Both the position numbers and the translations under genes were made by a program. The notes under the pieces were generated by a model, which saw nothing but the letters and a program-made list of their open reading frames with translations, searched no databases and had not been told where the DNA came from. From IMG/VR virus record IMGVR_UViG_3300020598_000119: a DNA stretch of 64,000 nt; one strand, given 5' to 3'. Shown here piece by piece: positions 37,706-47,768 of the stretch; the stretch's first letter is position 1; each line of letters starts with the position of its first letter. The stretch is from a virus. Its lineage: Duplodnaviria > Caudoviricetes.

Positions 37706-40003
37706 ATGAGTACAGAAAACGCTTCCCCATTTTATGCAGAAACATTTCTGCTTCGCGCTGCCACTGGGCAGAATACGGCCGCTATCGCCAAGAAATTAGG
37801 CGTTAAATCCGCCCAATTGAAGAAGTGGGAGAACGGCGCTGAGCCGACCCCAGTCGAAATTACGACAAAACTTAAGGCTCTTCAGCCCGAGCCTCGACAT
37901 CAAAGTCAGAATAAATTTCGTTTTATCGATCTGTTCGCTGGCATTGGCGGCCTTCGAAAGGCTTTCGAAAATGCAGGTGGAGAATGCGTTTTTACGAGCG
38001 AATGGAACCAAAACGCGCTTGAAACCTACATGGCGAATTACGGCGTTGGGCATCCCGTCGCTGGTGACATCACTAAGGTCGAAGCTTCGGAAATTCCTGA
38101 CCACGACATTCTCGTTGGAGGGTTTCCCTGCTTCCCTGCTGGCACTCTAATCGAGACCGAGACTCGCTTCCGTCCTATCGAAGACATCAGAGCTGGCGAC
38201 ATGGTCGCCACTCATCAGCATCGGCTGCGCAAGGTTCTAACTGCCATGCGCCGCGATGATGCAGAACTTTATGACGTCAAAATAACAGGCATCCCATCGT
38301 TCAAAACGACTGATGAACATCCTTTCTACGTGCGCAAGAAGCAGCGTTCATGGAACAATGCTCGTCGTGGTTATGATTACACATTTGGCGAGCCTGAATG
38401 GATCGCCGCACAAGATCTAACTGGTGATCACTACGCCGCACTGCCTGTAGACACGGAATTTCTTAGCCAAGGCGATGAGCCTTTCAGCGGCAACGCTTTC
38501 TGGTACCTTGTAGGTCGATGGCTAGGCGATGGATGGATCGCCGATTATCCAAGAACAGAAGAAGGGCGAGAAAATTCTCGTATTCGTAAAGTGCTAATTT
38601 GCACTGGCACAGAGGACGCCGACAATCTAGAAACTGCTATTAAGGCGGCGGGGTTCTCTTGCACGAGAGTTACAGAGCGAACCGTCGTTAAATTCCACAT
38701 TTGTTCGAAGGATTTTGTCGAATTTCTGGCTCAGTTTGGTCGCTGTGCTGACGGCAAGCAACTTCCACGACGAATTTTCTCGCTGCCCCTATCCGCACAG
38801 AAGGAGATTTGGAATGGCTGGATGGACGCTGATGGCTACAAGCACAAGGACTCTGAAAAATATTCGGCGACATCCATCAACAGAGCGCTTTCACTTCAAA
38901 TGGCGAGATTGGCTCGCAATGTTTACGGTCGAGTCGCGACGGTTAAGCGATCCAACGTCCCTCCCACGAAGGTGATCGAAGGACGCAATGTAAATCAGCG
39001 CGCTCAGTACCACACGACGCTTGCCCCAACCAATCACGGCCTCACATTTATCGAGGGGAATTATGCTTGGGTAAAGGTGAAGTCCGTCAAAAAGACAGGT
39101 GAAACTGCTACCGTCTACAATATCGAGGTCGAAGAAGATAATTCCTACGTTGCAGAGGGCGTTATTGTCCATAATTGCCAGCCGTTTTCACTGGCCGGAG
39201 TTTCGAAGAAAAACTCAACTGGCACACCCCATGGCTTCGAGGACAAAACACAAGGCACCCTGTTCTTCGACGTCGCGCGCATCATCAAGGAAAAGCGTCC
39301 GAAGGCATTCTTGCTTGAGAACGTTCGAAACCTCGCTGCTCACGACAAGGGTCGCACTTTCGAGGTGATAAAGAACGTCCTTCAGGAAGAACTCGGCTAT
39401 ACAATCGCATGGAAGATCATGGAAGGCACGCCATGGGTTCCGCAGCGTCGTCCTCGCATCGCGATTGTCGGCTTCCGCGACGGTTTCCAGTTCGATTTCG
39501 ACACCGTCAACACCAGAACCAATCGCCAGCCCGTGCTTGGAGACATTCTACATGCGCCAGGCGAAGCTCCTGAAGGCGATGATCGATTTGCAACCGATGG
39601 CGTGGTCCATGACAAATACACGCTGACTGACGGTCTATGGGCATACCTGCAGGCTCATGCCGCTCTCCACAAGGAGAAGGGCAACGGCTTCGGCTACGGC
39701 ATGCATGGCCCTAATGACATCGCCCGCACACTGACAGCTCGATACTACAAGGATGGCGCTGAGATCCTGATCCATCAGGAGGGCAAGAACCCGAGACGCC
39801 TCACACCGCGTGAGTGCGCACGTCTCATGGGCTTTGAGTACCCAGGTGAGGCCGAGATGATCATCCCGGTTTCGGATACGCAGGCGTACAAGCAATTCGG
39901 CAACTCGGTCATCATTCCAATGTTTGCCGAGATCGCAAAGGCCATGGTTCCAACCGTGCTCGAACAGATCGCCGAGGAGCAGGAAAACGAAAAGGCCGCT
40001 TAG
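37706..40003 (+). CDS. dcm: C5-cytosine DNA methyltransferase (Dcm/M.EcoRII-like) with N-terminal HTH and an intein
   Basis: FIDLFAGIGG; GFP|CQPFS split by an intein; QGTLFFDVARII; LLENV; KGNGFGYG; LTARYYKDG; QFGNSV. Confidence 0.92.
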   Translation: MSTENASPFYAETFLLRAATGQNTAAIAKKLGVKSAQLKKWENGAEPTPVEITTKLKALQPEPRHQSQNKFRFIDLFAGIGGLRKAFENAGGECVFTSEWNQNALETYMANYGVGHPVAGDITKVEASEIPDHDILVGGFPCFPAGTLIETETRFRPIEDIRAGDMVATHQHRLRKVLTAMRRDDAELYDVKITGIPSFKTTDEHPFYVRKKQRSWNNARRGYDYTFGEPEWIAAQDLTGDHYAALPVDTEFLSQGDEPFSGNAFWYLVGRWLGDGWIADYPRTEEGRENSRIRKVLICTGTEDADNLETAIKAAGFSCTRVTERTVVKFHICSKDFVEFLAQFGRCADGKQLPRRIFSLPLSAQKEIWNGWMDADGYKHKDSEKYSATSINRALSLQMARLARNVYGRVATVKRSNVPPTKVIEGRNVNQRAQYHTTLAPTNHGLTFIEGNYAWVKVKSVKKTGETATVYNIEVEEDNSYVAEGVIVHNCQPFSLAGVSKKNSTGTPHGFEDKTQGTLFFDVARIIKEKRPKAFLLENVRNLAAHDKGRTFEVIKNVLQEELGYTIAWKIMEGTPWVPQRRPRIAIVGFRDGFQFDFDTVNTRTNRQPVLGDILHAPGEAPEGDDRFATDGVVHDKYTLTDGLWAYLQAHAALHKEKGNGFGYGMHGPNDIARTLTARYYKDGAEILIHQEGKNPRRLTPRECARLMGFEYPGEAEMIIPVSDTQAYKQFGNSVIIPMFAEIAKAMVPTVLEQIAEEQENEKAA
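38129..39175 (+). mobile_element. Intein with LAGLIDADG homing endonuclease (349 aa)
   Basis: Starts CFPAGTLI; block B TTDEHPFY; LVGRWLGDG and WNGWMDADG; ends VYNIEVEEDNSYVAEGVIVHN followed by Cys. Confidence 0.95.
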
Positions 40004-40011
40004 GGCGGCCT
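39993..40011. terminator. GC hairpin at the methylase stop
   Basis: AGGCCGC-ttagg-GCGGCCT. Confidence 0.6.
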
Positions 40012-40073
40012 GATAACCTGTTCGTCTGATAGTTTAACAGCCTGCCGAGTTGTCAGCTTGGCAGGCTATTTGC
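40010..40073. repeat. Satellite octamer array (8 units)
   Basis: ctgataac ctgttcgt ctgatagt ttaacagc ctgccgag ttgtcagc ttggcagg ctatttgc. Confidence 0.8.
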
Positions 40074-41570
40074 TTACAGGCTGAACTGCGCGTTGAGACT
40101 CTGCTCCTCAGCCAGTTGCAGACCCTTACTGACGTGCTGAAGCGCAAGCGTGCCATGCTCATCGGAAAGCTTGGTGCCGTGGCGGGTGACGTAAGAAGCA
40201 ACCCTCGGCTCATTGTCGTTTGTCTCAACGAGCACTATCGCCTTGGAGCCTTCGGTGCCGCCCTTGATCGGACTGACAACTACAATGTTGCCTCGTCCTT
40301 CCAAGGCAGCTGTCAGGTACTATGAGAGATCGGTGTCATACTCCAGCGCGAGGTCGCGCAACGTATGACAGTCGACAACCTCCCAAGCTCGCTCGCTATC
40401 GCTGTAAGTAGGCAGAACATTCAGGCTCGTATCGAACCATTCAAGAGCGCCAGGGGTTCTGCTATCCCATAAACGCAGCGCCTCCTTGACCTCTGCAACG
40501 GACTTAACGAAGTTAGCTGGACAGGCATAATTTACGTCGTGCTTGAATGTCGAGAGTTCCGAATTCCCTCTGTCGTTAACCAATGAATCCAAATTAGCGG
40601 CTTCCACGCGCCTCATGGCATCAATCATTTCAGCTGTCGGCTGATGATGTTTCGCTACCGCCATACTCATATCATACCAAGCTGTTGCCAGATACTTATC
40701 AAGGGCGCGGACGTTTTTCGAAACATGATGGACGAAACTCTTAGCCGTATTATAAAGCATCTCCATATCACCACGGAACTCGATTTCCCATGGGGATATC
40801 CGATCAATAACTACCCGGTTGACAAACTCAATCCCGGCAGCATCTGCAATCCGCTTGCCCTCAACGAGCGCGCGATCCAATTCATCCAAGCCGAACCGCA
40901 TGCCAGAAGCGTCCTCGTTCCTTTGCAGATAATACCTGGTTTTCGAGAGCTGGTTTTTACGGGATTCAGACAAGCAGAGCTGCAACTTGCCTTCGAACGT
41001 GTATGTCAGCAAAAGCGCAGGCTCGACAGTTTTTTCATAGACAAAACCATCGATAATCGCCAGTTCATCGGCATATTTCTGCAGTGCCTGCGTCGTGTCA
41101 TCCAGGAGTGAGTTTACCTTTCTCACGCCGTTTATTTTATTGGCAGTTTCATAGTCCCGGAAGTTCGAGTAAGCCAATGTCTCTTTTTGGTACCGCTTGT
41201 CTCCGAACAAACCAGCTGATCGACCACCATAAGTTCCGCCTGAAAACACATTATTTTCGTCATTCTTGGCACTTTTCAGCTGCTCCATAAGCATATCAAC
41301 AGTGGCGATCTGAACGTAAAGCTCACCTTCAATTGAGCGCACTTCGACAGATTTTCCGTCGATCATTTGGTATCGTGCACGATACTGAAACGAACTGTTA
41401 GGGTCTATTTCCGGCTTCATCTCACCAAGAACATGAACGATAGGTGCTTCATCCGCAGGAACCTCACGAATGTCAACGGCGACCACCGTCGAGAACACAG
41501 CCGTTTCATCATTTCTCTTTTTCGGAAGGAGATATTTCGTTTCATAATGAGTTGGGACTTCAAAGCGCAT
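40074..41570 (-). pseudogene. Paralog of 41575-43053 interrupted by an in-frame TAG
   Basis: ORF 41570-40320 continues in frame after the TAG to 40074 (498 aa total versus 492 aa for the paralog). Confidence 0.65.
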
Positions 41571-41574
41571 TTAA

Positions 41575-43053
41575 TTAGCTCCCGAGGCTGATGGTTTCGA
41601 ATGCCAGCATCTCTTCTTCCTTGAGCCTGGCCTCATTGGTGACGCGAACGAATTCAGCGAAATGGCCTTCCATTTCCACACGCAGGCTTTCATCAATCGG
41701 AGAAATGATCTCGATGAAGTCATTCTCATCAAGAGTAGCGACCGCATGATTACCTGTTGCGTAGGCGTGAATAGATGCAATTATCCGCTTGCCACTTTCG
41801 ACTGCTCTGGTCGCTGCATCGAGATTCATTCCTGAGAGCTTACAGCAATCAACTACATGCCCTTTTGAACCGAGTTCCATCACACTCCTCTGTCCGATGC
41901 TAATTGAAGAGATAGGTCCTGACAGGATCGGCCACGTTTCATGTTCGTCTCTTTTATCCCAGCGATTGAGAATTTTTTCAGCGGCAGATTTTATGCCATC
42001 TAGGTCATCACGAAGAACTCCTTGTCGAGCGGAGTGAAGATTGTCCTCACTCTTCACTCGGTGATTGAACATGCGATCATCACCTTCACGTATTGCCCCA
42101 ATGCGAATGTCCTCGACTAAGTCATCGCTTAGCTCGATCTCACAAAATTCCTTTACTGCCGCAATCAACCTGTCAGTCACTCGGTTTCCTGCGTCTTCAT
42201 ATGCATCACGGAATTCAAACCATTTCTGAAGGTACGGCAAAGACAAGCTTGCGGCGTCTTTGTCCAGACAATTTCTGAGAGAAGCCGCCAAAAGCATCGT
42301 GTCTCGGTTGTCGCCATCGTATGTAAAAACTGTGGGATCAAAGACCTCTATGTGAGGCATTTCTCTACGATTTTCCCCTTGAGAATGCTTGTGTGCGAGA
42401 TTGATATTACACGTAGTATCGCTTCTGTCGGAAAGTAGGCCGTAGATTGAGTGCTCTTCATAATCAAATCGAGAGAAAGAATTTTGGCCACGACATGTGA
42501 CCGAAGGCTTGTCGGTGTATTTACAAATCGTGAACACAGGTTCGGGGATTTCTTCATAAACAACACCATCGACGATCAAAAGCTGTTCGGCCAGTTTCGT
42601 GAGGCTTTTTGCCATTCGAGCACCCTTGTCGTCACTGATGGTTCGATGAGGTGCTCCAAATGGCTGGGCCGCCAGAATTTGCTCGCCCGTCGTGTACTTG
42701 ATCTCACGTTCAAAAGCCCTCGACACCTTAGGATGGGCTTTATCAAAGAGAGTCCCTTCGAAACCTTTCTCAAGACCCTTATTGAATTCTTCGACCGAGT
42801 ATTTTTCTACAAAATATCGCCCATCTACGAATCGAATTTCACGAGGCTCTTCGCCTTTTTTAAATGAGAAATTTTTGGCTCCATCCTGAATAGAGTTTGT
42901 CTTCTGGCCGATCTTGGCGACCAATGGTGCTTCGCTCGGAGACAGCTCTCGAATTTCGACTTCGACATTCGAACGACCATAAGCCACATCAGGGTTCTGA
43001 TGCCTGTAACGGACAAATGAGATCGTATAGTCGAAATTGATATCCAAACGCAT
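41575..43053 (-). CDS. Hypothetical protein (tandem paralog family)
   Basis: Shares VEIRE....EAP.V, E.R..(D/E)G..(F/Y)V and L.I.DG.VYE...EP with the downstream ORF. Confidence 0.8.
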   Translation of the reverse strand: MRLDINFDYTISFVRYRHQNPDVAYGRSNVEVEIRELSPSEAPLVAKIGQKTNSIQDGAKNFSFKKGEEPREIRFVDGRYFVEKYSVEEFNKGLEKGFEGTLFDKAHPKVSRAFEREIKYTTGEQILAAQPFGAPHRTISDDKGARMAKSLTKLAEQLLIVDGVVYEEIPEPVFTICKYTDKPSVTCRGQNSFSRFDYEEHSIYGLLSDRSDTTCNINLAHKHSQGENRREMPHIEVFDPTVFTYDGDNRDTMLLAASLRNCLDKDAASLSLPYLQKWFEFRDAYEDAGNRVTDRLIAAVKEFCEIELSDDLVEDIRIGAIREGDDRMFNHRVKSEDNLHSARQGVLRDDLDGIKSAAEKILNRWDKRDEHETWPILSGPISSISIGQRSVMELGSKGHVVDCCKLSGMNLDAATRAVESGKRIIASIHAYATGNHAVATLDENDFIEIISPIDESLRVEMEGHFAEFVRVTNEARLKEEEMLAFETISLGS

Positions 43054-43318
43054 GTTTCATCTCCAGAGGAAGCTCGCGTCCGATGATATATGCTCGTGTT
43101 GAAAGGAAGAAATCATCCAACGAGCAGTCTGTAAGAGGCCATTTATGACCCGTTATTTGGGTTTATGTGGCCTAAAAGGACATAAATGTCACTTTGAAAC
43201 ACTACCGGACACAACGTGCCGAATTAAGTTGACACCATTTATATAGTCCTGAACCATTAATCATCGCCAGGCAGCGAAAGGTGCATGCAGGGCATGATGT
43301 GAGAAAGGTACTAATTAA

Positions 43319-43846
43319 ATGAAGAAACTCATTATTGCAGCTGGCGCACTCATTCTGGCAAGCGCTCCTGCCTTTGCTGATGGCGCATTCGACGGCTTCT
43401 ACGCAGGCGTTGATGGTCTCTACAGCAACACCAAGATCGATGGCGAGAAGGATGGCTCGTTCTCGGGTCGCGTGAACGCTGGCTACGGCAAGACCTACAG
43501 CAAGATTTACCTCGGCGGCGAAGGCAACCTGGATTTCAGCGGCTTCGACATGTCAGTCGGCGGCGAGAAGATCAAGAAGGACCTCGGTTATGGCGCGACT
43601 GGTCGCCTTGGTTATGAGTTCTCGCCAAGGTATCTCGGCTATGGCCTCGTCGGTTACGAGCGCGCTGACATAGAGGTGGGTGGCAGCAAGGAAACTTTTG
43701 ACGGCATTCGTTTCGGCGCTGGCGTCGAAACCAAGGTTCAGAACAACATCTCTGTCCGCACCGAAGTCAGCCAGTCACGCCTGAAGAACGACGACGTCAC
43801 GATCAAGGACCTGAAGTCCACGGTCGGTCTGGCAATCCGCTTCTAA
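43319..43846 (+). CDS. Eight-stranded outer-membrane beta-barrel (Omp25/RopB-like)
   Basis: Signal peptide; FDGFYAG; GRLGY; GAGVE; terminal Phe; downstream terminator. Confidence 0.9.
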   Translation: MKKLIIAAGALILASAPAFADGAFDGFYAGVDGLYSNTKIDGEKDGSFSGRVNAGYGKTYSKIYLGGEGNLDFSGFDMSVGGEKIKKDLGYGATGRLGYEFSPRYLGYGLVGYERADIEVGGSKETFDGIRFGAGVETKVQNNISVRTEVSQSRLKNDDVTIKDLKSTVGLAIRF

Positions 43847-43901
43847 GGCTCCTCTGCCTGGAACGAAATCAGGGGGAGGGTGCAAGCTCTTCCCCTTCTG
43901 T

Positions 43902-44669
43902 TTGAAAGGGATCGGTAGGTTGGAGTTTCTGGAAGACAAGATTGTCGATGAGGACGATCAGCGTTTCATTGTCAGATTTTCAGCATGGGAAGGCCCGATT
44001 GAGGCAATGCTGGAACTCGCACGCTCCCAGAAGATCGATCTCCTGCAAATTGATATCCTGGAACTCGTTTCACAGTTTGAAGCCGTCGTCGGCAAGGCCA
44101 TGGCCCTTAGAATGGAACTCGCGGCCGACTGGCTCGTGATGGCATCATGGATGACTTACCTGAAGTCGCGCATCCTGCTCAAACAACCCAAGTCTGACGG
44201 CAAGGAAGAACTCTCTGAAGACGCCCTGGCTTTTCATTTGAAGCGCCTCGATGCCGTGAAAACCGCAGCCGATAAAATCCAGAAGCAAATCATGCTGAAC
44301 AAGGATTGGTTTGGTCCAGGTGGTGCAGGCGGGGCAGGGGTTCAGAGCAACCGTCTGGTTGTGTCCTTCCACGAATTCCTCGCCGCTTATCCAACGCCGA
44401 AAGAAAAAGACTTCGTCGCCGAGCCACGCATCCTGAAGCCCTTTGACCTCGCGTCAGTCGACGAGGCCATAACGCGTCTCAAGGTCGAAATGCCCAGCGA
44501 ATGGACCAACCTTGTCGACCTAATCCCGAAGGCATCCGGTCTACGTCTTCGATCCAACATTGCCACCAGTCTGATCGGAACCCTCGAACTCGCGCGCAGC
44601 GGGATCGCAGAGATTAAGCAATCGGACTTGATGGAGCCAATCTACGTGAAGAGGATCGGCAATGAGTGA
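43902..44669 (+). CDS. scpA: Kleisin ScpA
   Basis: WEGPIEAMLELARSQKIDL; AADWLVMASWMTYLKSRILL; C-terminal TLELARSG...Q...PIYV. Confidence 0.88.
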   Translation: MKGIGRLEFLEDKIVDEDDQRFIVRFSAWEGPIEAMLELARSQKIDLLQIDILELVSQFEAVVGKAMALRMELAADWLVMASWMTYLKSRILLKQPKSDGKEELSEDALAFHLKRLDAVKTAADKIQKQIMLNKDWFGPGGAGGAGVQSNRLVVSFHEFLAAYPTPKEKDFVAEPRILKPFDLASVDEAITRLKVEMPSEWTNLVDLIPKASGLRLRSNIATSLIGTLELARSGIAEIKQSDLMEPIYVKRIGNE

Positions 44670-45243
44670 GCACATTCAGGATCACCATTTGGTCGAGACC
44701 ATCCTTGCTTCATCTAAGAACCCGGTCTCTCTGGATGACCTACGCACGCGGCTACCGATAGGCGTCAATGTCGAAGCCTCGCTACGGAGGCTGATGGACG
44801 AGTATAAGGGGCGTTCGCTACAGGTCATCGAAGTCGCAGGCGGATGGACATTGAGAACCAAGCCTGAGCTTTCTGACCTCTGTCGCAAGTTTCTGCGCAA
44901 GCCAATAAGGCTCACCAATGCGGCACTCGAAACGCTGGTCACCATTGCCTACTTTCAACCCGTCACCCGCCCAGAGATTGAGCGCATTCGCGGTGTTACA
45001 GTGGCGAAAGCAATCCTTGATCTGCTCCTCTGGTCCGAATGGATCAGGCCGGGGCCGCGACGTCAAACGCCAGGCAATCCACTGACGTTCGTAGCGACCA
45101 ACAAATTCCTGCAGCAGTTCGACTTCAAGAGTTTCGACGATCTGCCTGATATCAACGAGCTGCGCGCAGCTGGCATTCTCAATGCAGAGAAGGATCTCGG
45201 CATGCCCCTGCCAGACGCTGACTCTGAGCTTAGCGAAATGTGA
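44662..45243 (+). CDS. scpB: ScpB
   Basis: EVAGGWTLRT; AALETLVTIAYFQPVTRPEIERIRGV; FLQQF....DDLP. Confidence 0.93.
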   Translation: MSEHIQDHHLVETILASSKNPVSLDDLRTRLPIGVNVEASLRRLMDEYKGRSLQVIEVAGGWTLRTKPELSDLCRKFLRKPIRLTNAALETLVTIAYFQPVTRPEIERIRGVTVAKAILDLLLWSEWIRPGPRRQTPGNPLTFVATNKFLQQFDFKSFDDLPDINELRAAGILNAEKDLGMPLPDADSELSEM

Positions 45244-45805
45244 AGTCGTTGCGCTGTTCGGATGCGGCCTGAGCAGCACGCGCCCACTCTTCTACCTTGG
45301 GCTTCAGCTCCTTAATCGGAATACCATATCCTTTCGCCCAAACTACAATCAGGCGATTGATCAAGCGGTCCTTATCTCTCGCCTGAAATCCGTGCCCATG
45401 CTCGATCAAGGTATCGAACTTGCTGTCGATCCCATCCAAATACTCGATCCGGAACTGCCCTACTTCCTGCAGCGCATCCACCATGAGCTGCGCTTCACCG
45501 CGCGAGCGATTTACTGGTTGCTTGGAAACAATCTTCATCTTCTCGATCAAGCAGGCATTCATCGCGGCCCAAATAGCATTGCGCGCCTCACTGACTGCCA
45601 AAGCTCCTGCCTCGATCTTGTCTACGATAGCCGCTTCTTTGGGTAATTCTTTCCGCGCCTTCTCTGGTGTCAGCGTCACCGCGAGATCAAAGAAACGATC
45701 ATACGCAAGAAGGTTGTCGTGGACCAACTTCGCCTGCGCATCCTGCATATCATTTCGCTTGTGGACGGCGTCAGTGTACGGCTTTGCAATTTCAAGATCG
45801 GACAT
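45230..45805 (-). CDS. Hypothetical helical protein
   Basis: 191-aa ORF. Confidence 0.7.
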   Translation of the reverse strand: MSDLEIAKPYTDAVHKRNDMQDAQAKLVHDNLLAYDRFFDLAVTLTPEKARKELPKEAAIVDKIEAGALAVSEARNAIWAAMNACLIEKMKIVSKQPVNRSRGEAQLMVDALQEVGQFRIEYLDGIDSKFDTLIEHGHGFQARDKDRLINRLIVVWAKGYGIPIKELKPKVEEWARAAQAASEQRNDFTFR

Positions 45806-45810
45806 GGCAG

Positions 45811-46521
45811 CTACTTCCTAAATGTGTCGTAGATATTATAGGCACGAGTGGCCTGAGCCGCCTTGCTTGGAATAGACTTATCTTCCTTCGGCCCCCAGCT
45901 TCCCTTCTCATAAGAATTGTCGCCATATCCGTACTCGCGATTGGCATCATCGCGATATTCATCACTGCCCCATACGCGACCACCAGAACCTCGGGTCCAT
46001 TTAACGCCATCCAGAGCCTTGAAGAAAATTTTTCCTAGTGCCGTATCCCTTGCGTCATCGCAGGCGTGATTATTCTGGGGAACATCCCAATAAACCTTTT
46101 TGGTCGTATTGTCGAACGTCAGGGAGCAGTTGATATTCGAAAACTCAGTGACATTATTACCGAGTTTCGGAAACATTTTCTGGGTAGGTCGAACAAGTCG
46201 CCGTTTCTTCGTCTTATGGCAATATTCGCTCAGTGCCCACACGACAGTCAGCTCGTCTTGCCTGGACAGGTTTCTATTTGGCTTTACCGCCCAAGGATTC
46301 TCTGGCAGTCGCAGCTTTTCGATTTCCTCAAAGCCAGCATAATTGATGTCGAAATTCTTCTGGCCTTTGGCGAGCACGATCAAACAATCATACAACTGCT
46401 TAGCAATCTCCAACTGGCGGGTATGAAGTTCATTCATCTCCTCGCGAATTTTCGCCTTAAAGCCAGCCCATTCCGCTGATGGTATGGTGAACTCACCTTT
46501 TTCCCATTCATTTCTCGCCAT
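45811..46521 (-). CDS. Hypothetical protein
   Basis: AAGGAG RBS before ATG 46521. Confidence 0.75.
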   Translation of the reverse strand: MARNEWEKGEFTIPSAEWAGFKAKIREEMNELHTRQLEIAKQLYDCLIVLAKGQKNFDINYAGFEEIEKLRLPENPWAVKPNRNLSRQDELTVVWALSEYCHKTKKRRLVRPTQKMFPKLGNNVTEFSNINCSLTFDNTTKKVYWDVPQNNHACDDARDTALGKIFFKALDGVKWTRGSGGRVWGSDEYRDDANREYGYGDNSYEKGSWGPKEDKSIPSKAAQATRAYNIYDTFRK

Positions 46522-46620
46522 TTCAAAGCTCCTTCGATTTCTCACAGATTATTGAAGAGATTCGAAATTCACAAAATTTGATTGCCTCGTGTCGGTCGCG
46601 CCGCCAACATAAAGGAAATC

Positions 46621-47040
46621 ATGGGTGCGATTATGGACGAGAACAGGCTTAAAATATCAGCTGAAGAACTGGATTATGTAGAAGACATCATAAATCAGGT
46701 GATGGCCTCCCTGCCAGATCTCGGGTTCAGGGCCAGCCACGCGCGTTTTCCATACTCGCTGCATCACGACTACTACCGAACCAGGCTACGCATTCACGGC
46801 CGCCGCCTCCGTCACGAGGAAGTAGCGATCATCCTGAATCAATGGGCCTCAAAACAGGAAAAGCCCGTTGACGCTTACGTCTGGCAGGCCATTTCAGGAG
46901 CAATTCGAAATCTGCAGGGCAGGGAGAAAATCAACATCCCCGACCACATCCGTCAGGGAATGGAAAGCGTTGCCCATGGTGAAACATTCGAAGCATGGGC
47001 TAAGACTTTCCTGAAAGAAGCGGCAAGAGAAAACGCCTAG
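46621..47040 (+). CDS. Hypothetical protein
   Basis: AAAGGA RBS. Confidence 0.65.
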   Translation: MGAIMDENRLKISAEELDYVEDIINQVMASLPDLGFRASHARFPYSLHHDYYRTRLRIHGRRLRHEEVAIILNQWASKQEKPVDAYVWQAISGAIRNLQGREKINIPDHIRQGMESVAHGETFEAWAKTFLKEAARENA

Positions 47041-47768
47041 AGCGCGAACGCCTCATGCAGCGATTCCGAAAGCGCAGCGCCAATCTCTTCTTCAAGCTGA
47101 TCAGAGGTTTTGACGTCAGGCACTTCCATGTTGGCAAGCTTGAAAGGATGCGCAGCATATTTCGAAGCATGATGAGACAGGACTGAAACTAGGCTCTCGT
47201 AGAGCGAGATTTCAACCAAGTTTTTCTCATGACCTTGCTTGCTCAAGTCGACGACACGCTCCTTGAAATGGAAAATCCATTTGGACAGGGAGGATGCCCC
47301 TGCTGTTTTCATCGTTTCAAGTTCATGAATCAACGATGCAACAATACCAAGGCGCTGGTCTACGAGAGCCTTGAACTCTTCATAGTCTGCATCGTTTAAT
47401 TGAGGCTCATTTTGAACCACCTGCTTCTGCCGCCCCATCAGTCGACCAAACCAACCGTCTTGATCTTGCTGAACAACCGGACGGCTTGCCGGAACTCGTT
47501 TGGACAGGGATTCTTCATAAGCGCGGAGCGCCTCGTGGAGCATCTCCTGAATATCGTTGGACTGCCGTGCGAACGAAATCAGAAAATCGTCTTCAAAGTT
47601 CAGGACATCAATTTCTGATTGGACGTCTTCTGCGCTAAGCGCCACACGCTCAACTCGCAACTCCATCAGGCGATCATGCATGCGGCCACTCTGAGCCGTG
47701 ATTACTGTACGATAATTATGAAAGCTCTCCGATAGAGCCTTAATAGATTCATCAACGTTGGAGAACAT
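47037..47768 (-). CDS. Hypothetical coiled-coil protein
   Basis: ORF with GAAGGG RBS; contains a GWFGRLMG amphipathic motif. Confidence 0.7.
   Translation of the reverse strand: MFSNVDESIKALSESFHNYRTVITAQSGRMHDRLMELRVERVALSAEDVQSEIDVLNFEDDFLISFARQSNDIQEMLHEALRAYEESLSKRVPASRPVVQQDQDGWFGRLMGRQKQVVQNEPQLNDADYEEFKALVDQRLGIVASLIHELETMKTAGASSLSKWIFHFKERVVDLSKQGHEKNLVEISLYESLVSVLSHHASKYAAHPFKLANMEVPDVKTSDQLEEEIGAALSESLHEAFAL

Noticed and set aside
43258-43300. Hairpin with GAAA loop in the omp leader as a c-di-GMP riboswitch
   Set aside because: Lacks the GEMM consensus and second stem; probably an ordinary 5' UTR stem
43319-43846. OMP as the peptidoglycan-tethered substrate of the L,D-transpeptidase
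   Set aside because: Predicted cleavage AFA|DG gives a mature N-terminus without the Ala-Asp motif used for tethering in Brucella-type OMPs
43902-45243. Wadjet/MksBEF defence system
   Set aside because: Sequences match canonical ScpA/ScpB, and there is no adjacent SMC-like ATPase or Toprim nuclease
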